NCBI GenBank assembly: GCA_009694245.1
Contig: SHVO01000002.1
Span: 1,741 to 65,740, forward strand
Length of the DNA stretch: 64,000 bases
Direction: 5' to 3'
DNA from: Rhodospirillaceae bacterium
Lineage (GTDB): Bacteria > Pseudomonadota > Alphaproteobacteria > Rhodospirillales > Rhodospirillaceae
The notes beneath the pieces were generated by a model. It saw only the letters and a program-made list of their open reading frames with translations. It did not search any database and was not told the origin of the DNA. Made by a program: the position numbers and the translations under genes. This document shows positions 18,761 to 27,711 of the stretch, in pieces (the stretch's first letter is position 1; each line of letters starts with the position of its first letter).

Positions 18761-20272
18761 CTACTCGTGTTCTTCGTTCAAGAGGGAAAGCTGCTTGGGC
18801 TGGCTGCCGGCGTTCTTATCGGTCAGCGGCAGCGGATAATCGCCGGTGAAACAGGCGTCGCAATACTGCGGTCGGTCGGTGTCCCGCTTGGCCTCGCCGA
18901 CGGCTTTGTAAAGACCGTCGATGGAAATGAACGCGAGACTGTCGACGCCTAAAAGCTTGGTCATGCTTTCAAGGTCGTGCCGAGCGGCCAGCAACTTATC
19001 GTAGTCGGGCGTGTCGATGCCGAAGAAACACGGATGTGCGGTAGGCGGCGAGGAAATCCGCAAGTGGACCTCGGTCGCGCCGGCCTGGCGCACCATCTCG
19101 ACAATCTTAATCGAGGTGGTGCCGCGGACAATGGAATCGTCGACCAGCACTACCCGCTTGCCGGCGAGGACTCCTTTGTTCGGGTTGTGCTTGCGCTTGA
19201 CGCCGAGGTGGCGGGTCTTGTCGGTGGGCTGGATGAAGGTGCGGCCGACGTAATGATTGCGGATGATGCCGTGTTCGAACGGAATGCCGGACTGGGCGGC
19301 GAAGCCCAGGGCCGCGGGCACCCCTGAGTCGGGCACCGGCACAACCACGTCGCATTCCACTGGGCTTTCCTTGGCCAGCTGGGCGCCGATGTGCTTGCGC
19401 ACTTGATAAACGCTGTGACCCTCGCTGACGCTGTCGGGGCGGGCGAAGTAGATGTACTCGAAAATACAAAAGCGCGGGTGCTGCTTGGGGAAGGGCTTGA
19501 GGCTGCGCACTTCGCTGTGCGTGATGATCACGACTTCGCCCGGATCGATATTGCGCACGAATTCGGCACCGATGATGTCGAGCGCGCAAGTCTCCGAGCA
19601 GAGGATATAAGAACGATCGAGTTTACCTAGCACCAGCGGGCGTACGCCCAAGGGATCGCGCGCGCCGATCAGCGCGGTGTTGGTCAGACAGACGAAGGAA
19701 TAGGCGCCCTCGATCTGGCGCAGGGCGTCCACCAGCCGCTCCTCGAAGCTGCCTTCATCGCTGATGGCGATCAGGTGAGTCACGACCTCAGTATCGGAGG
19801 TGGACTGGAACAGGCAGCCGCGTTTCTGCAGCTCCTTACGCAAGGTCAGCGCGTTGGTCAGGTTGCCGTTGTGGCCGATGGCGAAACCGCCGAAATCGAA
19901 TTCGGCGAACAGCGGCTGAACGTTGCGCAATATCGTGGCGCCGGTAGTGGCGTAGCGGGTGTGCCCCACGGCCATATTGCCCGGCAATCGTGCCATGATG
20001 GCTTCGTTATTGAAATTCTCCGAGACGTGGCCCATGCCGCGGTGGCTGTTGAACTGGCGGCCATCATAGGACACGATCCCGGCGGCTTCCTGGCCGCGGT
20101 GCTGCAAGGCATGGAGACCGAGGACCGTGTGGGCGGCGGCATCGGCATCGCCAAGAATGCCGAACACGCCGCATTCCTCCTTCAAGTGGTCGCCATCTTG
20201 ATCGTGGGCTTGATCGTGATCCCGATCAAAAAACCCAAAAGAATTGGTCACGTTGGGCAACGTCGAGGTCAT
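18761..20272 (-). CDS. purF: Amidophosphoribosyltransferase
   Basis: The Ntn Cys is in context ECGVFGI. The PRPP loop VVLVDDSIVRGTT is present. Confidence 0.96.
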   Translation of the reverse strand: MTSTLPNVTNSFGFFDRDHDQAHDQDGDHLKEECGVFGILGDADAAAHTVLGLHALQHRGQEAAGIVSYDGRQFNSHRGMGHVSENFNNEAIMARLPGNMAVGHTRYATTGATILRNVQPLFAEFDFGGFAIGHNGNLTNALTLRKELQKRGCLFQSTSDTEVVTHLIAISDEGSFEERLVDALRQIEGAYSFVCLTNTALIGARDPLGVRPLVLGKLDRSYILCSETCALDIIGAEFVRNIDPGEVVIITHSEVRSLKPFPKQHPRFCIFEYIYFARPDSVSEGHSVYQVRKHIGAQLAKESPVECDVVVPVPDSGVPAALGFAAQSGIPFEHGIIRNHYVGRTFIQPTDKTRHLGVKRKHNPNKGVLAGKRVVLVDDSIVRGTTSIKIVEMVRQAGATEVHLRISSPPTAHPCFFGIDTPDYDKLLAARHDLESMTKLLGVDSLAFISIDGLYKAVGEAKRDTDRPQYCDACFTGDYPLPLTDKNAGSQPKQLSLLNEEHE

Positions 20273-20964
20273 TGGGCCTTGCCTTCGTTGGTCTGGATCA
20301 AGCGTTCCAGGTCGCGCCGGTCATTTTCCGGGTAGCCGCTTTCCGGCTTGGCCTTGTCACCGTCGGCGGCCGAGCTTCGCGGGGCTGGCTGGGTGAGTCG
20401 GTCCAGCGTTTGTTTGGCCTCGATGGCTCGATTGAGTCTGGCGGCTCTATCATTGACAGTATCACCGACGGCCAAAAAGGAAGGCGGCAACAGTGACTTC
20501 AGTCCGTCGGCGGCTAGTTCGATGATCGGCAAGGTCTTGGCGCGGGCTATCCAGCCGGGGCGTTCGGCGTTGGTCAGCCAATCGGTGATGATCAGGCCGA
20601 CCCCGAGAATCACCAGGGCGCGCGCCAAGCCAAAGACAAAACCGAGCGAACGGTCGAGATTGTTGAGGGCGCTTTTCTGGATGCTGCGGGCGACGGCGTT
20701 GGTCAGGATCGAAAGCACCAGCAGCACAACAAGAAAGATCAGCACGGCCGCGGCCGAGTCCGCTGCCCAGTCGATGGGAACGATGCCGCGCGCGAAGGGC
20801 CGAGCCAGCGGCATGCCATGCACGGCCGCGAGGACCGCGCCAATCCAGGCGGCGATCGACAGCACTTCGTGCACGAAGCCGCGCATGAAAGCGAGCAGGG
20901 CGGAAATCAGGAGGATGATACCAAAGGCGAGATCGAGGCCGTTGATGGGCAGGTCCTGCATCAA
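20269..20964 (-). CDS. cvpA: CvpA family membrane protein (colicin V production protein)
   Basis: Four TM segments are present. The gene occupies the conserved position upstream of purF with a 4-nt overlap. Confidence 0.85.
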   Translation of the reverse strand: MMQDLPINGLDLAFGIILLISALLAFMRGFVHEVLSIAAWIGAVLAAVHGMPLARPFARGIVPIDWAADSAAAVLIFLVVLLVLSILTNAVARSIQKSALNNLDRSLGFVFGLARALVILGVGLIITDWLTNAERPGWIARAKTLPIIELAADGLKSLLPPSFLAVGDTVNDRAARLNRAIEAKQTLDRLTQPAPRSSAADGDKAKPESGYPENDRRDLERLIQTNEGKAQ

Positions 20965-22451
20965 TGCCCGCCGCCTTGCGAATTGCCCACTTGGACATTA
21001 CCCGCGCTGGAAAACTTGCTCACCACGTCCTGCACATGCCCCATTTCTTTAAGCGCCAAATCCTTGGTCGGCGAGTCCTTGAGCGCGAAGGTATCGGGTG
21101 CGGCGGCCTGCTTCGCATCTTTAGCACTTGCAGACTTCTTGCTGGTCTTCGCGGCGCTGCGCGGCACCCAGGCCTGACGGAAGCCGAGTTTTGCTGCTTC
21201 TTTCAGCCGCAAATCGCGTTGCGCCACCGCCCGCACCTCGCCGGAGAGCCCGATTTCACCAAAGACCACCGCGTCGGCGGGCACCGGTTCGCCGGTGAAG
21301 GCCGACACAAGCGCGGCCGCCACCGCTAAGTCCGCCGCCGGCTCCTGAATCCTAAGGCCGCCCGCGACGTTGAGATATATGTCGTGCCCGCCGAAGGCAA
21401 GGCCCGCCCGGGCGTCGAGAACCGCCATGATCATGTTGAGGCGGGCCATGTCCCAACCGACCACTGCCCGGCGTGGGGTCCCGAGGCTGGGGGGAGCCAC
21501 AAGTGCCTGAATCTCCACAAGAACCGGCCGTGTTCCTTCGATGCCCGAGAACACGCAGCTGCCGCTGACATTGCCGCGGCGTTCGGCCAGGAAAAGGGCC
21601 GAGGGATTCAAGACCTCGTTGAGCCCGATGTCGGTCATCTCGAACACGCCGATTTCGTCCGTGGGCCCAAAGCGATTCTTAACCGCGCGCAAGATCCGGA
21701 ACTGATGCCCGCGGTCGCCCTCGAAGTAGAGGACGGTGTCGACCATGTGCTCAAGCACGCGTGGACCCGCGAGTGTGCCCTCTTTAGTGACGTGGCCGAC
21801 CAGGAAGAGGGTGAACCCCCGTTTCTTGGCGGCGCGGATCAACTCATGGGCGCAGGTGCGCACCTGCGTGACGGTCCCGGGCGCGGAATCAACCGCATCG
21901 GAATACATGGTCTGGATGGAATCGATCACGACGACATCGGGCGGACGGCCGACTTCTAGGCTTGCGACGATATCGCGGACGTTGGTGGCCGCCGCCAATT
22001 GAACGGCGGCAGTCTCCATGCCAAGGCGCGCGGCGCGCAAGCGCACTTGATCGATGGACTCCTCACCCGTGATGTACACGCAGGCTGCATTGCCGGCGAG
22101 CCGGGCGGTGGCCTGAAGCAGGAGCGTCGACTTGCCGATCCCGGGATCGCCGCCCACAAGTATCGCCGACCCCGCAACCAGTCCGCCGCCGCAAACGCGG
22201 TCTAGCTCGCCGATATTGGTTGAGCGCCGGGGCGGCGGTGCGGTCTGGCTCTTCAGCTCGACAAACTCGATTTTGCGACCACCTTTGCCGCCACTCACGC
22301 CCTTGGGCAGGGCCTCGCGCGGGGCCTCCTCGGCGATGGTGTTCCACCCGCTGCAAGACTCGCATCTTCCGGCCCAGCGCGGGGTGGCCGCGCCGCAACT
22401 TTGGCAGACGAAGGATTTTACGGTCCTGGCCAAGGGCGGGTGCCTAACCAC
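20961..22451 (-). CDS. radA: DNA repair protein RadA
   Basis: Zn finger CQSCGAATPRWAGRCESC, Walker A GGDPGIGKSTLLLQ, KNRFG, and a Lon-like C-domain are present. The start is GTG; a TTG lies 6 codons in. Confidence 0.95.
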   Translation of the reverse strand: MVRHPPLARTVKSFVCQSCGAATPRWAGRCESCSGWNTIAEEAPREALPKGVSGGKGGRKIEFVELKSQTAPPPRRSTNIGELDRVCGGGLVAGSAILVGGDPGIGKSTLLLQATARLAGNAACVYITGEESIDQVRLRAARLGMETAAVQLAAATNVRDIVASLEVGRPPDVVVIDSIQTMYSDAVDSAPGTVTQVRTCAHELIRAAKKRGFTLFLVGHVTKEGTLAGPRVLEHMVDTVLYFEGDRGHQFRILRAVKNRFGPTDEIGVFEMTDIGLNEVLNPSALFLAERRGNVSGSCVFSGIEGTRPVLVEIQALVAPPSLGTPRRAVVGWDMARLNMIMAVLDARAGLAFGGHDIYLNVAGGLRIQEPAADLAVAAALVSAFTGEPVPADAVVFGEIGLSGEVRAVAQRDLRLKEAAKLGFRQAWVPRSAAKTSKKSASAKDAKQAAAPDTFALKDSPTKDLALKEMGHVQDVVSKFSSAGNVQVGNSQGGGH

Positions 22452-22466
22452 GCATCGGTTTGTTCC

Positions 22467-22515
22467 GTGCGCCGTTCACCGTCGCAATTTTCATTTGTGC
22501 GCCGTTCACCGTCGC
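22467..22515. repeat. Two perfect 19-bp direct repeats GTGCGCCGTTCACCGTCGC, 30-bp period
   Basis: Copies lie at 22467-22485 and 22497-22515. The second contains the last codons and stop of mlaF. The first lies 16 nt upstream of the radA GTG. Confidence 0.85.
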
Positions 22516-23294
22516 GCCTGCATCTTGATCGGTCCTTCGGCGTTGCCGTGGACGAATTGGTCGACGAAGGGATTTCCCGCGTGGTCGATGTCGCGGGCGG
22601 CGCCGTCCCATATCAACTTGCCCTGATACAACATGGTAATGCGGTCACCGATCTTGCGCGCCGAGTGCATGTCGTGGGTGATGCTCAGCGCCGTGATGCC
22701 CTGCTGCTTGACGCAGGAGATAATCAGGTCATTGATCACGTCGCCCATGATCGGGTCGAGGCCGGTGGTCGGCTCGTCGAAGAATACAATCTCAGGTTCA
22801 CCGGCAATGGCGCGTGCGAGCCCGACCCGCTTTTGCATGCCGCCCGACAATTCCGCCGGCGACAGCTCGCCGACATCCGGCGCGAGGCCGACCTTGGCCA
22901 AGGTCTCGACGGCGCGCTCCTTGGCCTGGGCGCGGCTCAAGTGCTCGCGCTGCATCAGGCCAAAAGCCACGTTCTCCCATACCGGCAGGCTGTCAAACAA
23001 GGCGCCACCCTGGAACAACATGCCAAACTTCCGGTTAACCGCGTCGCGCGCGTTGGCAGGAACGTGCGTGACGTCCTCGCCGTTCACGGCGATGAAGCCC
23101 GAGTCCGGCTGCAAAATCCCGATGATGCATTTGATCAGCACCGACTTGCCGGTGCCTGAGCCCCCGATCACCACTACCGACTCGCCCTTGGCGATGTCGA
23201 GGTTGATGCCGGCGAGCACGTTCTTCGCGCCGAAGGACTTGTGCACACCCTTCAGTCTGATTTTCGGTACGCTTGTTTCCGAGGTAGTGTTCAT
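22506..23294 (-). CDS. mlaF: ABC transporter ATP-binding protein, MlaF-like
   Basis: Walker A GGSGTGKS, signature LSGGMQKRVGLARA and Walker B VFFDEPTTGLD are present. The start ATG 23294 overlaps the mlaE stop (ATGA). Confidence 0.88.
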   Translation of the reverse strand: MNTTSETSVPKIRLKGVHKSFGAKNVLAGINLDIAKGESVVVIGGSGTGKSVLIKCIIGILQPDSGFIAVNGEDVTHVPANARDAVNRKFGMLFQGGALFDSLPVWENVAFGLMQREHLSRAQAKERAVETLAKVGLAPDVGELSPAELSGGMQKRVGLARAIAGEPEIVFFDEPTTGLDPIMGDVINDLIISCVKQQGITALSITHDMHSARKIGDRITMLYQGKLIWDGAARDIDHAGNPFVDQFVHGNAEGPIKMQARR

Positions 23295-24070
23295 GTGCCG
23301 AAAAACAGTTCGGTGATGATGTAGTTGAAGGTCAAAATCAGGATCGACGACGAGACCACGGCGTTGGTGGTGGCCGCGCCCACACCCTGCGCGCCGCCTT
23401 TGGAGTGGTAGCCGGCGTAGCACCCCATGAGAGCGATGGTGAATCCGAATACACCGGCCTTCACCAGCCCAGAGATCACGTCGAGCGGCTGCATGAAGTC
23501 GTAGCTATTGGTGATGTAGGCCGCCGGATTAAACCCGAGTTTGTAGACGCTGACGACAAAGCCGCCGAACACGCCAATGATATCGGCGATCAGCACCAGG
23601 GCCGGCAGCATCAGCGTGCCGGCGACGAGGCGCGGCACCACGAGATACTTGAAGGGATTGGTGGACAAGGCGGTCAGCGCATCGAGCTGCTCGGTGACGC
23701 GCATGGTGCCGATCTCGGCGGCCATGGACGCGCCGATTCGGCCCGCCACCATCAAGCCGGCGAGCACCGGGCCCAGTTCGCGGGTGAGCGACACCACCAC
23801 GACGTTGGCGATGGCGTTTTCGCTTCCGGCCGCGAAGCGCGCGAAGCCGGTATAACTTTGCAGGGCCAGCACCATGCCCGAGAAGATCGCCGTCAGGCCC
23901 ACAACCGGCAGTGAGTAATAGCCGATGTCGATCATCTGCCGGCCGATCAGGCGGAAATAGATCGGCGGACGCAGGCAGTGGGATAGGGCGGTTGCGGTAA
24001 ACAGCGTCAGCCGGCCGATGTGGGCGAGGAACGCGAGGACGACGCTGCCGATGAGTCCGAGGAAATGCAT
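23291..24070 (-). CDS. mlaE: ABC transporter permease, MlaE-like
   Basis: A polytopic permease of 259 aa, in the typical MlaE/MlaF pairing. Confidence 0.85.
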   Translation of the reverse strand: MHFLGLIGSVVLAFLAHIGRLTLFTATALSHCLRPPIYFRLIGRQMIDIGYYSLPVVGLTAIFSGMVLALQSYTGFARFAAGSENAIANVVVVSLTRELGPVLAGLMVAGRIGASMAAEIGTMRVTEQLDALTALSTNPFKYLVVPRLVAGTLMLPALVLIADIIGVFGGFVVSVYKLGFNPAAYITNSYDFMQPLDVISGLVKAGVFGFTIALMGCYAGYHSKGGAQGVGAATTNAVVSSSILILTFNYIITELFFGT

Positions 24071-24078
24071 GAACGGTT

Positions 24079-25257
24079 CTATAACCGCGAGTTCTGTGAG
24101 GCCGGAGCCGGCAAGTAGCGGCGGTAATACCGCCGCCCAAGGGCTGCCAGAAGCTCGTAGCTGATCGTGCCGGCCTGCTTTGCCAGGTCGTCAATTGTCT
24201 GGCGGCTACCGATAACATCGATCATGGCGCCCGGGCCGAGGGCCGAATCCGGAACGTTTGAAACGTCGAAAGTGGTCAGGTCCATGGAAATCCGCCCCGC
24301 CGCAGCGATCTTGAAATCGTCGATAAAGGCGTGCCCGGCCGCGCCCCAGCTCCGCAGCAGACCGTCGGCATAACCCACTGAAACCGTTGCGAGTTTAGCC
24401 CCATCCGGGGCCACGACGGTGGCACCATAGCCAACCGGGGCGGCAGCGTCAACGCGACGCACCTGGAGGATTTTGGCCTGGAGCCGTACCACCGGAATCA
24501 TCGCATTTGCCAGGGTTGGTGTCGGGTTAACGCCATAAAGTGCCCCACCCGGCCGAGCCAAGTCGAAGTGGAAGCCCCGCCCGAGGAAAATTCCCGATGA
24601 ATTGACCAGCGAGCCTTTGGCGTCGGCGTATTTGAGGTGGAAGGTCGCGAGCATGGAAGCAAATCGCTCACGCTGCTGGAGGTTGAGCGCATGGTCCGGC
24701 GTATCAGCGCAGGCCAAATGGCTCATAAGCGCAAGCGGTGTCAAACCCGACAAACCATCGGGATCGGCCATCAACTCGGCAAACTCGCGCTCGGAAAGAC
24801 CCAAGCGGTTCATACCGGTGTCTACCTGCACCAAGGATTCCATCAGCGCATCGCCGCGCTCGGCGAAGGCGCGCCACGCCTTGATCTGGCGCGGTGTACT
24901 GAGAACCGGAATCAGCCGATGGGCGGCAAAGTCAGCCTCGGTCCCTGGGTTAGGGCCATGCAGAACGATAATGCGTTGGTCCTTCCGGCCACCGACGATG
25001 CCGCGCAGGGCGAGGCCCTCGTCGAGATGGGCCACATAAAAGGCAAGGCAGCCGGCTGCGCTTAGCGCCTTTACCACCGGCTCCAAGCCAAGGCCGTAGG
25101 CGTCGGCCTTGACCACGGCTCCCATGTCGCAGGCTGGTTCGACCCGGCGTTTCAGCACGCGCCAATTCTCGGTCAGTGCCGCCAGGTCGATGGTCAGGAT
25201 CGCGCCCGCGCGGTCTTGGGCGCGATCTTCGGGTCGGGAGGAAAGCGGGCTGGCCAT
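24079..25257 (-). CDS. alr: Alanine racemase
   Basis: The PLP-lysine motif VVKADAYGLG is present. Length is 392 aa. dnaB-alr synteny is present. Confidence 0.92.
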   Translation of the reverse strand: MASPLSSRPEDRAQDRAGAILTIDLAALTENWRVLKRRVEPACDMGAVVKADAYGLGLEPVVKALSAAGCLAFYVAHLDEGLALRGIVGGRKDQRIIVLHGPNPGTEADFAAHRLIPVLSTPRQIKAWRAFAERGDALMESLVQVDTGMNRLGLSEREFAELMADPDGLSGLTPLALMSHLACADTPDHALNLQQRERFASMLATFHLKYADAKGSLVNSSGIFLGRGFHFDLARPGGALYGVNPTPTLANAMIPVVRLQAKILQVRRVDAAAPVGYGATVVAPDGAKLATVSVGYADGLLRSWGAAGHAFIDDFKIAAAGRISMDLTTFDVSNVPDSALGPGAMIDVIGSRQTIDDLAKQAGTISYELLAALGRRYYRRYLPAPASQNSRL

Positions 25258-25353
25258 TTGCGGCCCTAATCATCAGAAAATCGGGCGAAGGGCAAGACCC
25301 GGGCAGGGCAGCCGACGGGCGCCGAAGGGAGGGCCCAGCGCCGCCACTGCACT

Positions 25354-26877
25354 CTAACGTAGATGCTCGGGCAGCTGCGTATCGTCGATATGGTCGCTGA
25401 AGTGGGTAAAGTCGGCCTCGAAGTGCAGTTTGACATTACCGATGGGGCCGTGACGTTGCTTGGCGACCAGCACCTCGGCAAGGTTGTGGGCCAGTTCGCA
25501 GCGTTCTTTCCACTTGGCATGGCGCTCGTGAAAACGCTCGCTGGTTTCCTCGGGCTTTTGCGAAGGCTCGCCGCGCTCCAAGTAATACTGTTCGCGGAAC
25601 ACGAACATGACGACATCGGAGTCCTGTTCGATGGTTCCCGACTCACGCAAATCGGAAAGCTGCGGGCGTTTGTCCTCGCGCTGCTCGACGGCGCGGCTGA
25701 GCTGCGAGAGCGCCAACACCGGAACATCCAGGTCTTTTGCCAACGCCTTCAGCCCCCGGGTGATGGCGGAAATTTCCTGCACGCGGTTTTCGCTGCGCTC
25801 GCCACGGGCCGGCGCGATCAACTGAAGATAGTCGATCACGATCAGGCCGAGACCGTGGTGATCGGCGGCTTTGTTTTGGCGCGCGAGGCGTCGACAGCGC
25901 GTGCGGATGGCCGACACCGTGATCGCCGGCGTGTCGTCGATAAAAAGCGGCAGATCCCCGAGCTCCTGACTCGCTACCACCAGGTGCGCGAAATCGTCGT
26001 TGGACAGACCACCCGTGCGGATAGCGTGGCTGTTGATCTTGGAACGTTCGGCTAGAATACGCGTGGCCAGCTGCTCGGCCGACATTTCCAGCGAGAAGAA
26101 AGCCACGAGCCGGCCTTTTTCCTCGGCGTTGTCGGTGGTGCGGTAGTGGCGCGCGGCGTTGAACGCCATGGTCGTGGCCAGCGCGGTTTTGCCCATGCTC
26201 GGGCGTCCGGCGAGGATCAGAAGGTCCGAGGCGTGCAGGCCGCCGAGTTTCTTGTCGAGTTCGCGCAAGCCTGTGGTAACGCCCGACAGCGCGCCTTCGC
26301 GTCGGTGGGCGGCCTCGGCGAGGCCAATGGCGGCGGAGAGCGCGGTCTCGAAGCTCTGGAATCCGCCTTCGACGGAGCTGGTGCTCGCAAGGTTGAACAG
26401 GCGCTGCTCGGAATCCTCGATCTGCTCCATGGCGGTTTCATCGGGCTGGGACTCAAAGGCGTCGTTAACCATATTCTCGCCCAATGCGATCAGCTCGCGG
26501 CGCAAATATAGGTCATAGACCAGTTTGCCGTAGTCGCCGGCATTGATGACAGTCACGGCACTGCCGGCCAGGCTGGCGATGTACTTCATGCCGCCGGCGG
26601 CGATCACCAGATCGTCACGTTCGAGATAGGTCTTTAGGGTCACCGGATTGGCTTGGTGGCCTTGCTCGATGAGCTTGGCACAGGCTTGGTAGACGCGGCC
26701 ATTCACGGGATCGGCGAAGTGATCGATGGCGAGAAATTCGCTGACGCGCTCGAACGAGCGGTTGTTCATGAGAATCGCGCCCAGCAAAGCGCGCTCGGCC
26801 TCATAGTTGTGGGGCGGAGTGCGAAGAATATCGCCGACGTTATCGGCCGGATCGGCAGCGCGGAGGGGGGCGGGCAT
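25354..26877 (-). CDS. dnaB: Replicative DNA helicase DnaB
   Basis: N-terminal PPHNYEAERALLGAIL, Walker A GRPSMGKTALA, and IDYLQL are present. Confidence 0.97.
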   Translation of the reverse strand: MPAPLRAADPADNVGDILRTPPHNYEAERALLGAILMNNRSFERVSEFLAIDHFADPVNGRVYQACAKLIEQGHQANPVTLKTYLERDDLVIAAGGMKYIASLAGSAVTVINAGDYGKLVYDLYLRRELIALGENMVNDAFESQPDETAMEQIEDSEQRLFNLASTSSVEGGFQSFETALSAAIGLAEAAHRREGALSGVTTGLRELDKKLGGLHASDLLILAGRPSMGKTALATTMAFNAARHYRTTDNAEEKGRLVAFFSLEMSAEQLATRILAERSKINSHAIRTGGLSNDDFAHLVVASQELGDLPLFIDDTPAITVSAIRTRCRRLARQNKAADHHGLGLIVIDYLQLIAPARGERSENRVQEISAITRGLKALAKDLDVPVLALSQLSRAVEQREDKRPQLSDLRESGTIEQDSDVVMFVFREQYYLERGEPSQKPEETSERFHERHAKWKERCELAHNLAEVLVAKQRHGPIGNVKLHFEADFTHFSDHIDDTQLPEHLR

Positions 26878-26921
26878 CGCGGGACCTTAATTGGTCTCAA
26901 AATAATGGAAATGATAAAGCC

Positions 26922-26930
26922 TGTGGATAA
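26922..26930. promoter_or_regulatory. Consensus DnaA-box 9-mer TGTGGATAA (complement TTATCCACA) upstream of dnaB
   Basis: An exact match to the classical DnaA box lies 45 nt upstream of the dnaB start codon, in an AT-rich patch. Confidence 0.35.
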
Positions 26931-27248
26931 AAAAATCTGTCGGGGATAGTTTCACTTAGCGCAAGGAGGCGCCAAAGCCTTCAACCGCCTGGTTTTTCGG
27001 CCACGGTCCGGAGGCCCCTCCTGCCCCGGATTGAGGCCCTTGCTTTTTTTTGGCGCTTTGTCCGAAATCCCTGTTATTATTTCGCTGTTATCCTGCGACC
27101 GGATACCGGTAGGCGGTAACGCGGTCGGCTGGGGTCAATTGATTACGGCCCTTGGGAGACGGTTGCGGTCACGAACCCTGTTGTGTTGAGGCCGATAGGG
27201 GGGGTGGAGAGTTCGACGAGGCCTCGTCACATTGAGGAGCATTCAACC

Positions 27249-27521
27249 ATGGTTCGTTTTGTAGCCCTTGCCACCATGCTTGCCATCGGCGCAGGCGTTT
27301 ATGCCTTTATCCAGAAGTCCAACGTTGCCGCCGCCCAAATGCAGATCGCGGCCACCACCAAGGAACTGGAGACCTGGAAAACCCGCCTTAACCAGTACCA
27401 AGCCGAAGGCAAGACAGTTGCCTCCAATCTTGAGCAATGCACCGCCAAAGTGACTGAAATTCAGACGGCGCTCGACACCGCCGTCGCGGCGATGGCCAAG
27501 CGGCCCGGCGCCAAGCGCTAA
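27249..27521 (+). CDS. Hypothetical membrane-anchored coiled-coil protein (90 aa)
   Basis: GAGGAG lies 8 nt upstream of the ATG. An N-terminal TM (FVALATMLAIGAGVYAFI) is followed by a heptad-like region. I recognise no family. Confidence 0.6.
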   Translation: MVRFVALATMLAIGAGVYAFIQKSNVAAAQMQIAATTKELETWKTRLNQYQAEGKTVASNLEQCTAKVTEIQTALDTAVAAMAKRPGAKR

Positions 27522-27567
27522 TCTCGGTTGGTCGCTTCAGACTTCATACAGGCTGAAGCGGAGAGTT

Positions 27568-27607
27568 AAGGGGCAAGATGCGTCGCTCTCGGCGCGCCTT
27601 GCCCCTT
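27568..27607 (+). terminator. Candidate intrinsic terminator after the 90-aa ORF
   Basis: A 10-bp stem AAGGGGCAAG / CTTGCCCCTT is followed by TGCCGTGTT. A second 8-bp hairpin lies at 27533-27560. Confidence 0.4.
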
Positions 27608-27711
27608 TGCCGTGTTCTCGTAAGCGCTCGGCCTCTTGCCAGTTCCGGCCGCCTCTGACCTCATGCGCGGCCTCGGTTTCCCAACGTATTTAATCCGGGC
27701 GGCTTGGCGCG

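Noticed and set aside
22462-22477. Alphaproteobacterial SOS box (GTTC-N7-GTTC) in front of radA
   Set aside because: The two GTTC tetramers here are separated by 8 nt, not 7. The other GTTC pairs are 30 nt apart, so the element does not fit the LexA motif as I know it.
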